The notes under the pieces were generated by a model. That model worked only from the letters and a program-made list of their open reading frames with translations. It had not been told where the DNA came from and made no database searches. Positions 53,797 to 62,526 of a stretch of 64,000 nucleotides of DNA are shown one piece after another (position 1 is the first letter of the stretch; each line of letters begins with the position of its first letter). Where the stretch lies: NCBI GenBank assembly GCA_965224245.1, contig OZ245046.1:2784001-2848000 (forward strand), in the 5' to 3' direction. The position numbers were made by a program, and so were the translations under genes. This DNA comes from Candidatus Eiseniibacteriota bacterium (GTDB taxonomy: Bacteria > Eisenbacteria > RBG-16-71-46 > CAZAMP01).

Positions 53797-56376
53797 TCAC
53801 CAGGACAGCTCAACCCCGAGGCGGACGTTACGTCCCGCCGAGCGCGTCTCGGGATTCTGGACATCTCGCAGCCAGTAGGTTCCATCGTCCTGACGGAGCG
53901 CGTAGCCCCCCGTCTCGCCGGTCACGAGGTAGTAGTCCAGGAAGTGGTTCGCATTGATCCCCCACGGCACGGTGGATGCCGGATAGGTCGAGAAGGAGAA
54001 CCCTGGGATCACGCGATCGATGAGGTTCCGCGCGTCCACGATCAGGGCGAGACGCGAGCCGCGAGGCGTCACCTTCATCCGGAGATTGATCAGAAACGTC
54101 GCGGGTAGCCGGCCGGCCTCGAGAGCGGGATCGTCGCGATCCCGGTCGACCTTTGCATCGACCGCCGAGTAGTATGGAGCCCCGCCGGTCCACGACCACG
54201 ACGTGGTGGCCGAGAACCACGACGCCGGTCGGTAGTGCGCCCATCCCTGCAGGGTCAGATTGCGATCCCAGGGCAGCAGTCGATCGCCCAGCTTCACCCG
54301 CGCCGTACTGGCGCTGGCGAAGATGTCGAGGGCCCTGGTCGGACGGACACTGACGCTGACCTCGAGCCCCTCGGTGTCGATCTCGCTCGGGGGCGGAGGG
54401 AGTCGCGTGTCGCCACCGAGCCAGCCGATCAGGAAGTCATACTCGCCCGGCTCGCGCTCGCTCAGCACCACGTCGGCGTAGCGCCGCACGTACCCCGTCA
54501 CGTAGGCGACCACCTTCTCGGAGTAGTGATGCTGCACCCCGACCTCGACCAGTCGCGTGCGTTGCGCGGTCTGGGTGACGCCCTCCAGCCGCTCGTTGAT
54601 GAAGTGTCGCGACAGCGTGGGAAACGTGTACCAGAGCCCCGCGTGCACGTGGAGCGCATCCACGTCGGTCATCGGGTGCCGGAATCCGAGGCGAGGCGAG
54701 ACGCGGCCGGCGCCGGCGCTTCCAGGATAGTCCCGGATGTCCTGCCGGTCGTACCGGACGCTCATGAACAGCGACGAGAGCGCGTCGGTCCACCACTCGT
54801 CCTCGACGTATGCGTAGCCGTCGAACGTCCGCATCCACTTGGACGTCGAGCCCACCGGCAACAGCACGCCCTCGGAGATGCGGTCCACGCCCATGTAGCG
54901 GTGCTTGCCCAGGGTGCCGCCGAGGCCGGCGCTCAGCTCGTGACCGTCGGCCCATCGCCACTGGGCCCGGGTGGACGCGGCGACCTCGTAGCTCAGACCG
55001 TCCTCGAATTCGGGAAAGTCACCGTACAGCGCGAAGTAGGGCTCGTTCTGCCACTGGAAGCGCGTGTACGACTGCGCGTCGAACGCGGCCCCGTCGAGCG
55101 AGGTGTCGTAGCGGTGACGCGCGACGCGCACGTTGGATCGGATCAGCCCGTCGCCGAAGAGTCGGGAGTGCGTGGCCATCACCAGCGTGGAGCCCCGATA
55201 GCGCATCGGCACCCGAAGCGGCCCCTCGTACATCTCGTAGTTGTCCACGAACTCGGTGTCCGCGTCGGTGATGAAGCGCCGGTAGATGCGCCGCCCGGCG
55301 ATGAAGTCGTACTCCACCAGCCCCGACCGCGAGTAGTGGTGTGCGTACGGCTTGCGGCGCGACGACGCGTGCACGACCGACAGCGACGCCGACCAGGGCC
55401 GGGCCACCGGCCGGTACGACAGCTTGACCGAGCCGGTCTGATCGCCCTGCATGCGGTCGGTCACGTGAACGAGATCCAGGAGATCCTGCTCGGCGCGTCC
55501 GCGATCGTATCGGCGGTGTCCGTCCTGCAGGCGCCCGGTCCAGGCGACCGCGTAGCCGAACCCGGCCCCCGGGAATGGGCCCGACCCGGACACGGTGACG
55601 TAGTCCACGTCGAAGTCCTCGGCGTCCTTCAGGGCCAGATGATCCATGGTGTACGACACGCGCGCGTGGTGGGTCGGACCGCCGGACGCGAGCGACATGT
55701 CCATGACGCCGCCCAGGGATCGACCGTACTCCGAGCTGAAGGCACCGGCCACGAAGTCGGCGGTCACCAGCGCATCGGGCGGGGGCGTGATCCACTCGCC
55801 CTTCAGGGGATCGCGCGCGACGACGCCATCGATGAGCGGTGTCACGTTCTCGGTGCCGACGCCTCGGAAGTAGAGCCGATCACCGTTCACGACGACGCCG
55901 GGCAGGAGTCGGATGGCGTCGGTGATCACGTCCAGCGGTAGCTCGGTGAGATCCCGCGTGGAGAGCCGGTAGCGCGTGGACGTCGTCGCGACCAGAGGCG
56001 TCTCGCGTGTCCCCCGGACACCGACCTCTTCCACGACGCGCACGAGCGGTCGAAGCGACACGCGGATCACGTTTCGATCCTCGCCGAGCACGACGTCGCG
56101 AACCGTCCTCGGCTCGTACGCGACGTGTGAGATCCTGACGCGATGCGTTCCCACGCGGAGGTCCGGAATCACGACGACCCCGTTCTGTCCGGTCAGGAAC
56201 TCGCGCGACGAGCCGTCGACCGACGCCGCCGCCAGCGGTACCGGCTCGCTCGTCTCCGCGTCACGGACGAGCACCTCGAGCTCGACGGTCGCGACCGCGT
56301 CCGTCCACCCGGCCACGGTCAGCGCCGCCACCATCGCCGCGCATGCGCCGCCACGGTCGAGACTCATCCATCGCAT
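53797..56376 (-). CDS. TonB-dependent receptor (divergent)
   Basis: N-terminal VRDAETSEPVP.A domain, plug LPGVV...FRG...IDG...GAFSSEYGRSLGGV, SPRLG, C-terminal RLGVELSW. Confidence 0.85.
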   Translation of the reverse strand: MRWMSLDRGGACAAMVAALTVAGWTDAVATVELEVLVRDAETSEPVPLAAASVDGSSREFLTGQNGVVVIPDLRVGTHRVRISHVAYEPRTVRDVVLGEDRNVIRVSLRPLVRVVEEVGVRGTRETPLVATTSTRYRLSTRDLTELPLDVITDAIRLLPGVVVNGDRLYFRGVGTENVTPLIDGVVARDPLKGEWITPPPDALVTADFVAGAFSSEYGRSLGGVMDMSLASGGPTHHARVSYTMDHLALKDAEDFDVDYVTVSGSGPFPGAGFGYAVAWTGRLQDGHRRYDRGRAEQDLLDLVHVTDRMQGDQTGSVKLSYRPVARPWSASLSVVHASSRRKPYAHHYSRSGLVEYDFIAGRRIYRRFITDADTEFVDNYEMYEGPLRVPMRYRGSTLVMATHSRLFGDGLIRSNVRVARHRYDTSLDGAAFDAQSYTRFQWQNEPYFALYGDFPEFEDGLSYEVAASTRAQWRWADGHELSAGLGGTLGKHRYMGVDRISEGVLLPVGSTSKWMRTFDGYAYVEDEWWTDALSSLFMSVRYDRQDIRDYPGSAGAGRVSPRLGFRHPMTDVDALHVHAGLWYTFPTLSRHFINERLEGVTQTAQRTRLVEVGVQHHYSEKVVAYVTGYVRRYADVVLSEREPGEYDFLIGWLGGDTRLPPPPSEIDTEGLEVSVSVRPTRALDIFASASTARVKLGDRLLPWDRNLTLQGWAHYRPASWFSATTSWSWTGGAPYYSAVDAKVDRDRDDPALEAGRLPATFLINLRMKVTPRGSRLALIVDARNLIDRVIPGFSFSTYPASTVPWGINANHFLDYYLVTGETGGYALRQDDGTYWLRDVQNPETRSAGRNVRLGVELSW

Positions 56377-56377
56377 C

Positions 56378-57376
56378 TCACCTCCCCGCCGGCGATCGGG
56401 ATCCGTCCGCGCCGGCCTCCACGAGCCCCACCCTCATCAGGTATCCGAACGACCGCACGAGATAGCGAACGTCCTCGAAGCCGGGAGGCGTGAACGATCC
56501 CGGCAGGTAGTAGCTCTCGATCCGGGTGATCTTCCACACGTCCTCGCCCGTTCGTGTCCGCCAGCGAGGCTGGAGAAAGAACACCATGCCCGAGTTACCG
56601 GTGGGATCTCGCCGTGTCGGCTGAATGTAGAACCGACGCCACGGATCCTCCTGTCGCATGAGATCGAACGACACGCAGCCGTAGATGATCTCGTGGTACC
56701 CCGCGGACGCGGGATAGCGGGGGTCCTCCGACGGACGCGAGACGAACTCGCTCAGGTCGTCGTTGCAGGTCCCGAGGTCGGTGAGAAGGGTCGACGGCGA
56801 TCGAAACAGCGCGGACACGGCGCGCAGGTGCTCCTCACGCGTGAGCGTCTCCTGACGCATCTCGTCACGCTCGTCGGTGCTGGCCACGTACACGTAGTCG
56901 TCGGCGAGAAGCGAATCGAATGCCACCACGTGACGGGCCTTCCAGAGCTTCATCAGCGTCAGACGGATCGCGTCCGGGGAGGTCGGCTCGGGATAGTCGG
57001 GATTGATCGTGATGAATCGCCAGACGGGCGAGCGCCACCGCCGGTCGCCCGACTCGGCGGTGACCCGCCAGAAGTACTCGTGGTTGGCGGCCAGCTGCTC
57101 GTCGAAGCGAAAGGTGCTCTCCTCGAGGCCGGACGCGACGCGGGAGAGCGACTCGGCCGACGAGCCGAGATGAACCCCGTACGTGACGGCGCCGGCGAGG
57201 GTCTCCCAGGTGAGCCGCACGTTCAGAGGCTGCTCGAAGGCTCCGTCGGTGGGCTCGACGAGCATCATGTTGACGTCGGGCTCGCTGGGTGTGCTCTCCT
57301 CGCAGGAGACCGCGAGCACGAGCGTCAGCACGAGCACGGATGGCCTGGCGAACGAGCGGGCGCTTTGCGAGTTCAT
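56378..57376 (-). CDS. Lipoprotein with an FnIII-like and an NTF2-like domain
   Basis: Lipobox LAVS-C. LTW...Y.VHLG...YFWRV.A...SPVWRF, then FDSLLADDYVY...WKITRIE. Confidence 0.75.
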   Translation of the reverse strand: MNSQSARSFARPSVLVLTLVLAVSCEESTPSEPDVNMMLVEPTDGAFEQPLNVRLTWETLAGAVTYGVHLGSSAESLSRVASGLEESTFRFDEQLAANHEYFWRVTAESGDRRWRSPVWRFITINPDYPEPTSPDAIRLTLMKLWKARHVVAFDSLLADDYVYVASTDERDEMRQETLTREEHLRAVSALFRSPSTLLTDLGTCNDDLSEFVSRPSEDPRYPASAGYHEIIYGCVSFDLMRQEDPWRRFYIQPTRRDPTGNSGMVFFLQPRWRTRTGEDVWKITRIESYYLPGSFTPPGFEDVRYLVRSFGYLMRVGLVEAGADGSRSPAGR

Positions 57377-57493
57377 GGACGGCCCCGGGGATGACGCACG
57401 GGTCGGGTGCGCGTCGAGATCACGCTAGCCCGATCCCGGTCCCGAGTCAACCCGCGCACCGGGCGGACGCGCCAAGGGCGGGCTCGGTACCGG

Positions 57494-58639
57494 TCACCGA
57501 GCGGCGGCCTCGAGCACGGTCCGGTACGACTGCGCGCTCATCGGCGTGGGATTGGACACGTTGGATCCGTTCGTCACCGCACGCTCGGCGATCCGGGGAA
57601 AGTCACCCGGGTCGATTCCGAGCGATGCGAACGACGGGATGCCGATCCGCTCGCCGAGCGACTCGATCGCGCGGAGAAACGCGTCCGCGCGATCGGCGAC
57701 GGCGACCTCCCCCATCCCCGGCACGCCCGCCACCGAAGCCAGGACGCCCAGGCGGTCGGCCACGGCGGCTCCGTGATGTCGGAGCACCGGCGCGAGCAAC
57801 GTGGCGTTCAGGAGACCGTGGGGAAGATCCAGGAGACCGCCGATGGACTCGGACAGGCAGTGCACGCCGGCCACGTCGGCGTTGCCGAACGCCATCCCGG
57901 CCAGGGTGGAGGCACGCATGATCTGCGCTCGGGCGAGCGCGTCCTCTCCGATGTCGGCGGTCGCGCCGAACAAGTGCTCGAGGATCAGCGCCACCGCCTT
58001 CTCGGCCAGCGCGTCCGACACCGGGTTCGCCCGGCGACACGTGTACGCTTCGACGGCGTGCGTGAGCGCATCCATCGCGGTCGTGGCCACGAGGGGAGCC
58101 GGCAGCGTGGCCAGGACGTCCGCGTCGACCAGCGCGAGCGTGGGGAACATCCCGACCCCCTTCACGCTCAGCTTTCGACCTCGCCCGGCGTGAGTGACGA
58201 CCGACACCCACGTGACCTCGGATCCGGTGCCGCACGTGGTCGGGATCGCCACGAACGGAAGCGGATCCCGTGCGAAGCGGTCCGCGCCCTCGAACTCCAC
58301 CACGCCACCGTCGTTGGTCGCGAGCATGGCCGCGGCCTTGGCCGCGTCCAGCACGCTCCCGCCGCCGAGGCCGACGACCACGTCCGTTCCCTCGCGCCGC
58401 GCGAGCTCGGCCAGCCGATCGACCGTGTCGTGGCGGGGATTGATCTCCACCTCGTCGAACCGGGTCACGCGCGCGCCGCTCGCCGCGATCCCGCGCGCGA
58501 TGTCCGAGGGCCACACGGTGGACGCGAGACCTCGGTCACACACGAGCAACACGCGTGTGGCCCCGAGCGCTCGCAGCTCGCCACCGATCGATCGGCGACA
58601 TCCCGGCTCCACGACGACCCGGGTCGGAAGTCGAAACAC
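57494..58639 (-). CDS. Iron-containing alcohol dehydrogenase
   Basis: GLGGGSVLDAAK, PTTCGTGSEVT, MDALTHAVEAY, H......G...PHG. Start may be 58687. Confidence 0.92.
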   Translation of the reverse strand: MFRLPTRVVVEPGCRRSIGGELRALGATRVLLVCDRGLASTVWPSDIARGIAASGARVTRFDEVEINPRHDTVDRLAELARREGTDVVVGLGGGSVLDAAKAAAMLATNDGGVVEFEGADRFARDPLPFVAIPTTCGTGSEVTWVSVVTHAGRGRKLSVKGVGMFPTLALVDADVLATLPAPLVATTAMDALTHAVEAYTCRRANPVSDALAEKAVALILEHLFGATADIGEDALARAQIMRASTLAGMAFGNADVAGVHCLSESIGGLLDLPHGLLNATLLAPVLRHHGAAVADRLGVLASVAGVPGMGEVAVADRADAFLRAIESLGERIGIPSFASLGIDPGDFPRIAERAVTNGSNVSNPTPMSAQSYRTVLEAAAR

Positions 58640-58794
58640 TCGCGGCTCCGTGTTGGGGTCGGTGCGCCGCCGGATTCGCGGGCGCACACGCGCGGTGGTG
58701 GCGGCGTGCGGATGATGCCCCGCGGCTCGCGCCCGCGTCAAACCGCACGCCGGCGGCGTGCGCCGGGTGGATGCCGCGGCCGGCCACACGTGAC

Positions 58795-58803
58795 TGCTAC
58801 AAT
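58795..58803 (+). promoter_or_regulatory. Extended -10 promoter element
   Basis: TGcTACAAT 42 nt upstream of the GTG at 58846, which has a GAGGAGG RBS. Confidence 0.5.
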
Positions 58804-58845
58804 CGGCGACCGTACCGACACCCGGACCCAACCGAGGAGGTAGCC

Positions 58846-59349
58846 GTGACCTCGTCCGATCACCTGCCGCCGTACGCGTCACGTGGCGCGCGCGCTCTCG
58901 TTCTCCTGCACGACCAGGCACTCACGGAGTTCGTGTCGGTCTGGCGCGATGCCGAGCGGGCCGCGATCGTGCTTCCGGAGACCGACGATCCGGACTACGC
59001 GTCGATGCACGCGCTCCTGGCCCACGTCCTCGGCGCCGCGTCGGGGTACATGCGCTGGTGCTGCGAGATGCTGGAGCTGCCCGAGCCCGACCTGCCGCCG
59101 CGGCCGTCGCCGGACACGGTGGCCGACGAGACCGATGCACTCCTCGCCCACACGCTCGCCGGCTGGCGAGCGCCGCTGGCCGGGGTCGCCGACGAGCGCC
59201 TTCACCGGCCCGAGTTCGTGAGCCGCTGGGGCGTCAGGTACTGCGTGGACGCGATGCTGGAGCACGCGGTCATGCACCCTCTGCGGCACTCGTTCCAGCT
59301 GCGCCAGCTGATGACGAGCGGCCCGGCCACACCGCCCGTCGACGGCTGA
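58846..59349 (+). CDS. DinB/YfiT-superfamily protein
   Basis: Helical protein with S...LLAHV and MLEHAVMH..RH..QL metal-binding histidines. Confidence 0.8.
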   Translation: MTSSDHLPPYASRGARALVLLHDQALTEFVSVWRDAERAAIVLPETDDPDYASMHALLAHVLGAASGYMRWCCEMLELPEPDLPPRPSPDTVADETDALLAHTLAGWRAPLAGVADERLHRPEFVSRWGVRYCVDAMLEHAVMHPLRHSFQLRQLMTSGPATPPVDG

Positions 59350-59358
59350 TCGCGCGGG

Positions 59359-59401
59359 GCCGGGCGAGGCAGCGCCGGGCGAGGCGGCGCCGTGCGAGGC
59401 A
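59359..59401. repeat. Three tandem 15-nt intergenic repeats
   Basis: gccgggcgaggcagc / gccgggcgaggcggc / gccgtgcgaggca. Confidence 0.7.
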
Positions 59402-59644
59402 CGATCGCGATTCCCGCCGATCGGAGCCGCTTTCCCCCCGGGGCCCGGCCGACATGGTACGCTCTCAGCTGGACGCTCGACGACATTCGGCTCCGACCGC
59501 CGGCCGCGCGGCTCTTCTCCGGGAGCGCGCGGCTTTGCGCGTCGGCGCCGTCCGGAAGCGATCGGCGAGACGTGTCGCGTCAGGCGGCCGTCGTCTCGCA
59601 CGACGGGGCTCGCTTCGCCTGCCACCGAAAGGGAGTTTGTCTAC

Positions 59645-62215
59645 ATGCGATCGGTTATCTGGTTCACCCTCGCGATCGCCGGCGCCGCATCGATGGCCGG
59701 GCCCGCCGACGCGGCGACCGTTCGGCTGAAGTCCCGGACGTTCTCGCCCGAGCCGGAAGTCACCGCGCTGGACGAGGCCGTGAGCGAGGGACGCGGACGG
59801 CACTTCCTCGCGCAGTTCGTGACACCGGTGACGACGGCGGACCGCTCGGCGCTGGCGTCCCTCGGAATCTCGCTCGTGCAATACATCCCCGACGACACCT
59901 GGATCGTTCATCTCTCGCCGGCCGCGATGACGGACGCGGACGTGCGGGCGCGCCTGCGCTGGGTCGGTGAGATCGACGTGCGCGACAAGGTCCCCGTCCG
60001 CTGGGAGACCGACGGCATCGACGCGCGGGCGATCGCACCGGACGGTCGCGTCGAGATCTGGGCCCGGCTGCATGCCGATGCGGACGTCGACGCGGCCGAG
60101 GCCGCGCTCGTGGCGCTGGGCGCCGTCGACGTGACGAGGCGACACATCCTCCCGGGATTCACGTTCCGCATCGGCGCCGGTCTGATCGATGCCGTCGCGG
60201 CGCTGGACGCGGTGTCGAGCCTCCGCGAGCGCGGGCAGGTCGTGATCGACAACGACTCGAACCGCAGCAACATCGGCGTCGACGTGGTCGCGAGCGCGCC
60301 GTACGACCTCACGGGCGTCGGCGTGAACTTCGGGATCTGGGACAACGGCCGCGTAGACGCTCACCAGGACTTCGGCAGCCGTCTGACCGTCGTGGAGGCC
60401 GCGGGGGTCGGAACCCACGCCACGCACGTGGCGGGCACCGTGGGCGGCGACGGATCCCGGTCGGCGCTGGAGGGCGGATCTCCCGATCAGTGGCGCGGCA
60501 TGGCACCCGGGGTCGACATCTTCTGCTGGTACTTCGACGACTACATCCCCGACGAGATGGACCAGGGCTCGACCGAATGGGAACTGGACGTGGAGAACAA
60601 CTCGTGGAACTTCGCCGCCGACGGCGGCAGCTGCGGCATCCACGGCGACTACGACTTCTGGGCGCCCGAGCTGGACGCACTGGTTCGCGGCGTGTCGGGT
60701 CGGACGTTCAGCATCTATCACTCGGCCGGCAACGAGCGTGACGACGGCGACTGTCCGCTCGTGGACGGCGGCTACGAGTGCATCAACCCGCCCGCGACGG
60801 CCAAGAACCTCGTCACGTGCGGCGCGACCAACTCGAACAACGACACGATCACCGGGTTCTCGTCCTGGGGGCCGACCGACGACGGGCGCATCAAGCCCGA
60901 CATCGCCTCCCCGGGTTGTCAGTCCAACGGCGACGGCGGCGTGACCTCCACGTTCCCCGGCAACGACTACGGCACGTACTGCGGAACGTCCATGGCGGCG
61001 CCCACCACCACCGGCGCCGGCGCGCTCCTGCGCCAGCTGTACGCGGCCCAGAACGGAGGCGCCCGTCCGGTACCCTCGCACGCCAAGGCCATCATGCTGG
61101 GCACGGCCGTGGACCTGGGCAACGAGGGTCCCGACTACATCTTCGGCCACGGACGTCTCGACGTGCACGCGGCCGCCGACGCGATGATCGACGACACGCA
61201 AGAGGACATCTCGATCTCCGACGGATCCACCGTCGATCGCACGTTCCGCGTACCGGCGGGTCTTTCGAGCCTTCGGTTCGTGGCGGCGTGGGACGACCCG
61301 GCCGGGTCCACGCTGGCCGACCCCGCGCTCGTCAACGACATCGACATCGTGCTGGACGGGCCCGGCGGCACCGTCGTGCGGCCCTGGGTCCTGGACCCCT
61401 CCGATCCGAGCGCACCCGCAACGCGCGGCGAGGATCATCTGAACAACGTCGAGCACATCACGGTGGATGCTCCCGCCGCCGGATCGTGGACGCTCCAGAT
61501 CTCCGGTACGAACGTGCCGGACGGCCCGCAGACCGTCAGCCTCGCGGGGCTGGATCTGAACCGGCCGGCGCTCCCGGGCAGCTTCGAGTCCGGCGAGACG
61601 ACCGATACGTCCATCGACCTGACCTGGACGCGCGCATCCGACGCCGACCGCAAGGGGACGTTCATCGTGCGGGCCGCGGGTCCGCTCTTCTGGGCGGGTC
61701 CCGCTCAGGGCACGACCTACACCGTGGGACAGATCGTGGGTCCCGGCGTGACCGTCGCGTTCGTCGGGGACACCGATCACTCGTCGACCCCGTACACCGA
61801 CGCCGGGCTGGCCACCGGGGTCACCTACAACTACGCGGCCTACACGTTCGACGACTGGCACAACTACTCGGCCCCGGCCTACACGAGCGGGACCACCGGA
61901 ACGGCCGTGGGGGTCGAGACGCTCGACACCACGCCGGCGGTGTTCGCGCTCGGAGCGCCGGCGCCGAACCCGGCCCGTGCGGGAGCCCGCACCGAGTTCT
62001 CCATCGCCGAGCCCGGTCGCACGCGCGTGCGCGTGTACGACGCATCGGGTCGACTCGTGCGCGTGCTCGTCGACGCCGCGCTTCCCGCGGGACGCTTCGC
62101 CGTGTCGTGGGACGGGCGTAACGTGGCCGGTGCGCCGGTCGCGCCGGGCCTGTACTTCCTGAGCCTCGCGTCCGGAGCCGATCGCGCGACCGCGCGTCTC
62201 GTCTGGACCCGATAG
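59645..62215 (+). CDS. Secreted S8 subtilase with propeptide, beta-sandwich, FnIII-like domain and FlgD/T9SS-like CTD
   Basis: Signal peptide. Triad IWDNG / HATHVAGT / GTSMAAP, SAGN, FSSWGPTDDGRIKPD, NNVEHI. CTD PNP...WDGRNVAG..VAPGLY. Confidence 0.93.
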   Translation: MRSVIWFTLAIAGAASMAGPADAATVRLKSRTFSPEPEVTALDEAVSEGRGRHFLAQFVTPVTTADRSALASLGISLVQYIPDDTWIVHLSPAAMTDADVRARLRWVGEIDVRDKVPVRWETDGIDARAIAPDGRVEIWARLHADADVDAAEAALVALGAVDVTRRHILPGFTFRIGAGLIDAVAALDAVSSLRERGQVVIDNDSNRSNIGVDVVASAPYDLTGVGVNFGIWDNGRVDAHQDFGSRLTVVEAAGVGTHATHVAGTVGGDGSRSALEGGSPDQWRGMAPGVDIFCWYFDDYIPDEMDQGSTEWELDVENNSWNFAADGGSCGIHGDYDFWAPELDALVRGVSGRTFSIYHSAGNERDDGDCPLVDGGYECINPPATAKNLVTCGATNSNNDTITGFSSWGPTDDGRIKPDIASPGCQSNGDGGVTSTFPGNDYGTYCGTSMAAPTTTGAGALLRQLYAAQNGGARPVPSHAKAIMLGTAVDLGNEGPDYIFGHGRLDVHAAADAMIDDTQEDISISDGSTVDRTFRVPAGLSSLRFVAAWDDPAGSTLADPALVNDIDIVLDGPGGTVVRPWVLDPSDPSAPATRGEDHLNNVEHITVDAPAAGSWTLQISGTNVPDGPQTVSLAGLDLNRPALPGSFESGETTDTSIDLTWTRASDADRKGTFIVRAAGPLFWAGPAQGTTYTVGQIVGPGVTVAFVGDTDHSSTPYTDAGLATGVTYNYAAYTFDDWHNYSAPAYTSGTTGTAVGVETLDTTPAVFALGAPAPNPARAGARTEFSIAEPGRTRVRVYDASGRLVRVLVDAALPAGRFAVSWDGRNVAGAPVAPGLYFLSLASGADRATARLVWTR

Positions 62216-62227
62216 TCACTCCGCACG

Positions 62228-62261
62228 CCGGCGGTGTCGCCCTCCATCGCGACACCGCCGG
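62228..62261 (+). terminator. Perfect 13-bp hairpin after the protease gene
   Basis: ccggcggtgtcgc-N8-gcgacaccgccgg, 12 nt after the stop. No U-tract. Confidence 0.6.
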
Positions 62262-62526
62262 TCGTCCCGCCTCGCATGCGCCTCGGAGCAACGCCCACCG
62301 AGGAATCCACTCGATCCGATGCGCGCCGATAAAAGCCCCGCAACCACTTACGGCGCCACCTAATCTCAATGGGCATGCGCGGTCTTTCGGACTACACTCC
62401 GTTTCGCGACGTCCTGAAGGTCGGCGCGCGGCATGGGCCGATCCGATTCCAGCGTGCGTGAGGCCACGATCGGGCAAGTCGTTCGATCGCGTCGACCTGC
62501 GCGGGTGAGTTCAGACGAGGTCCGAC

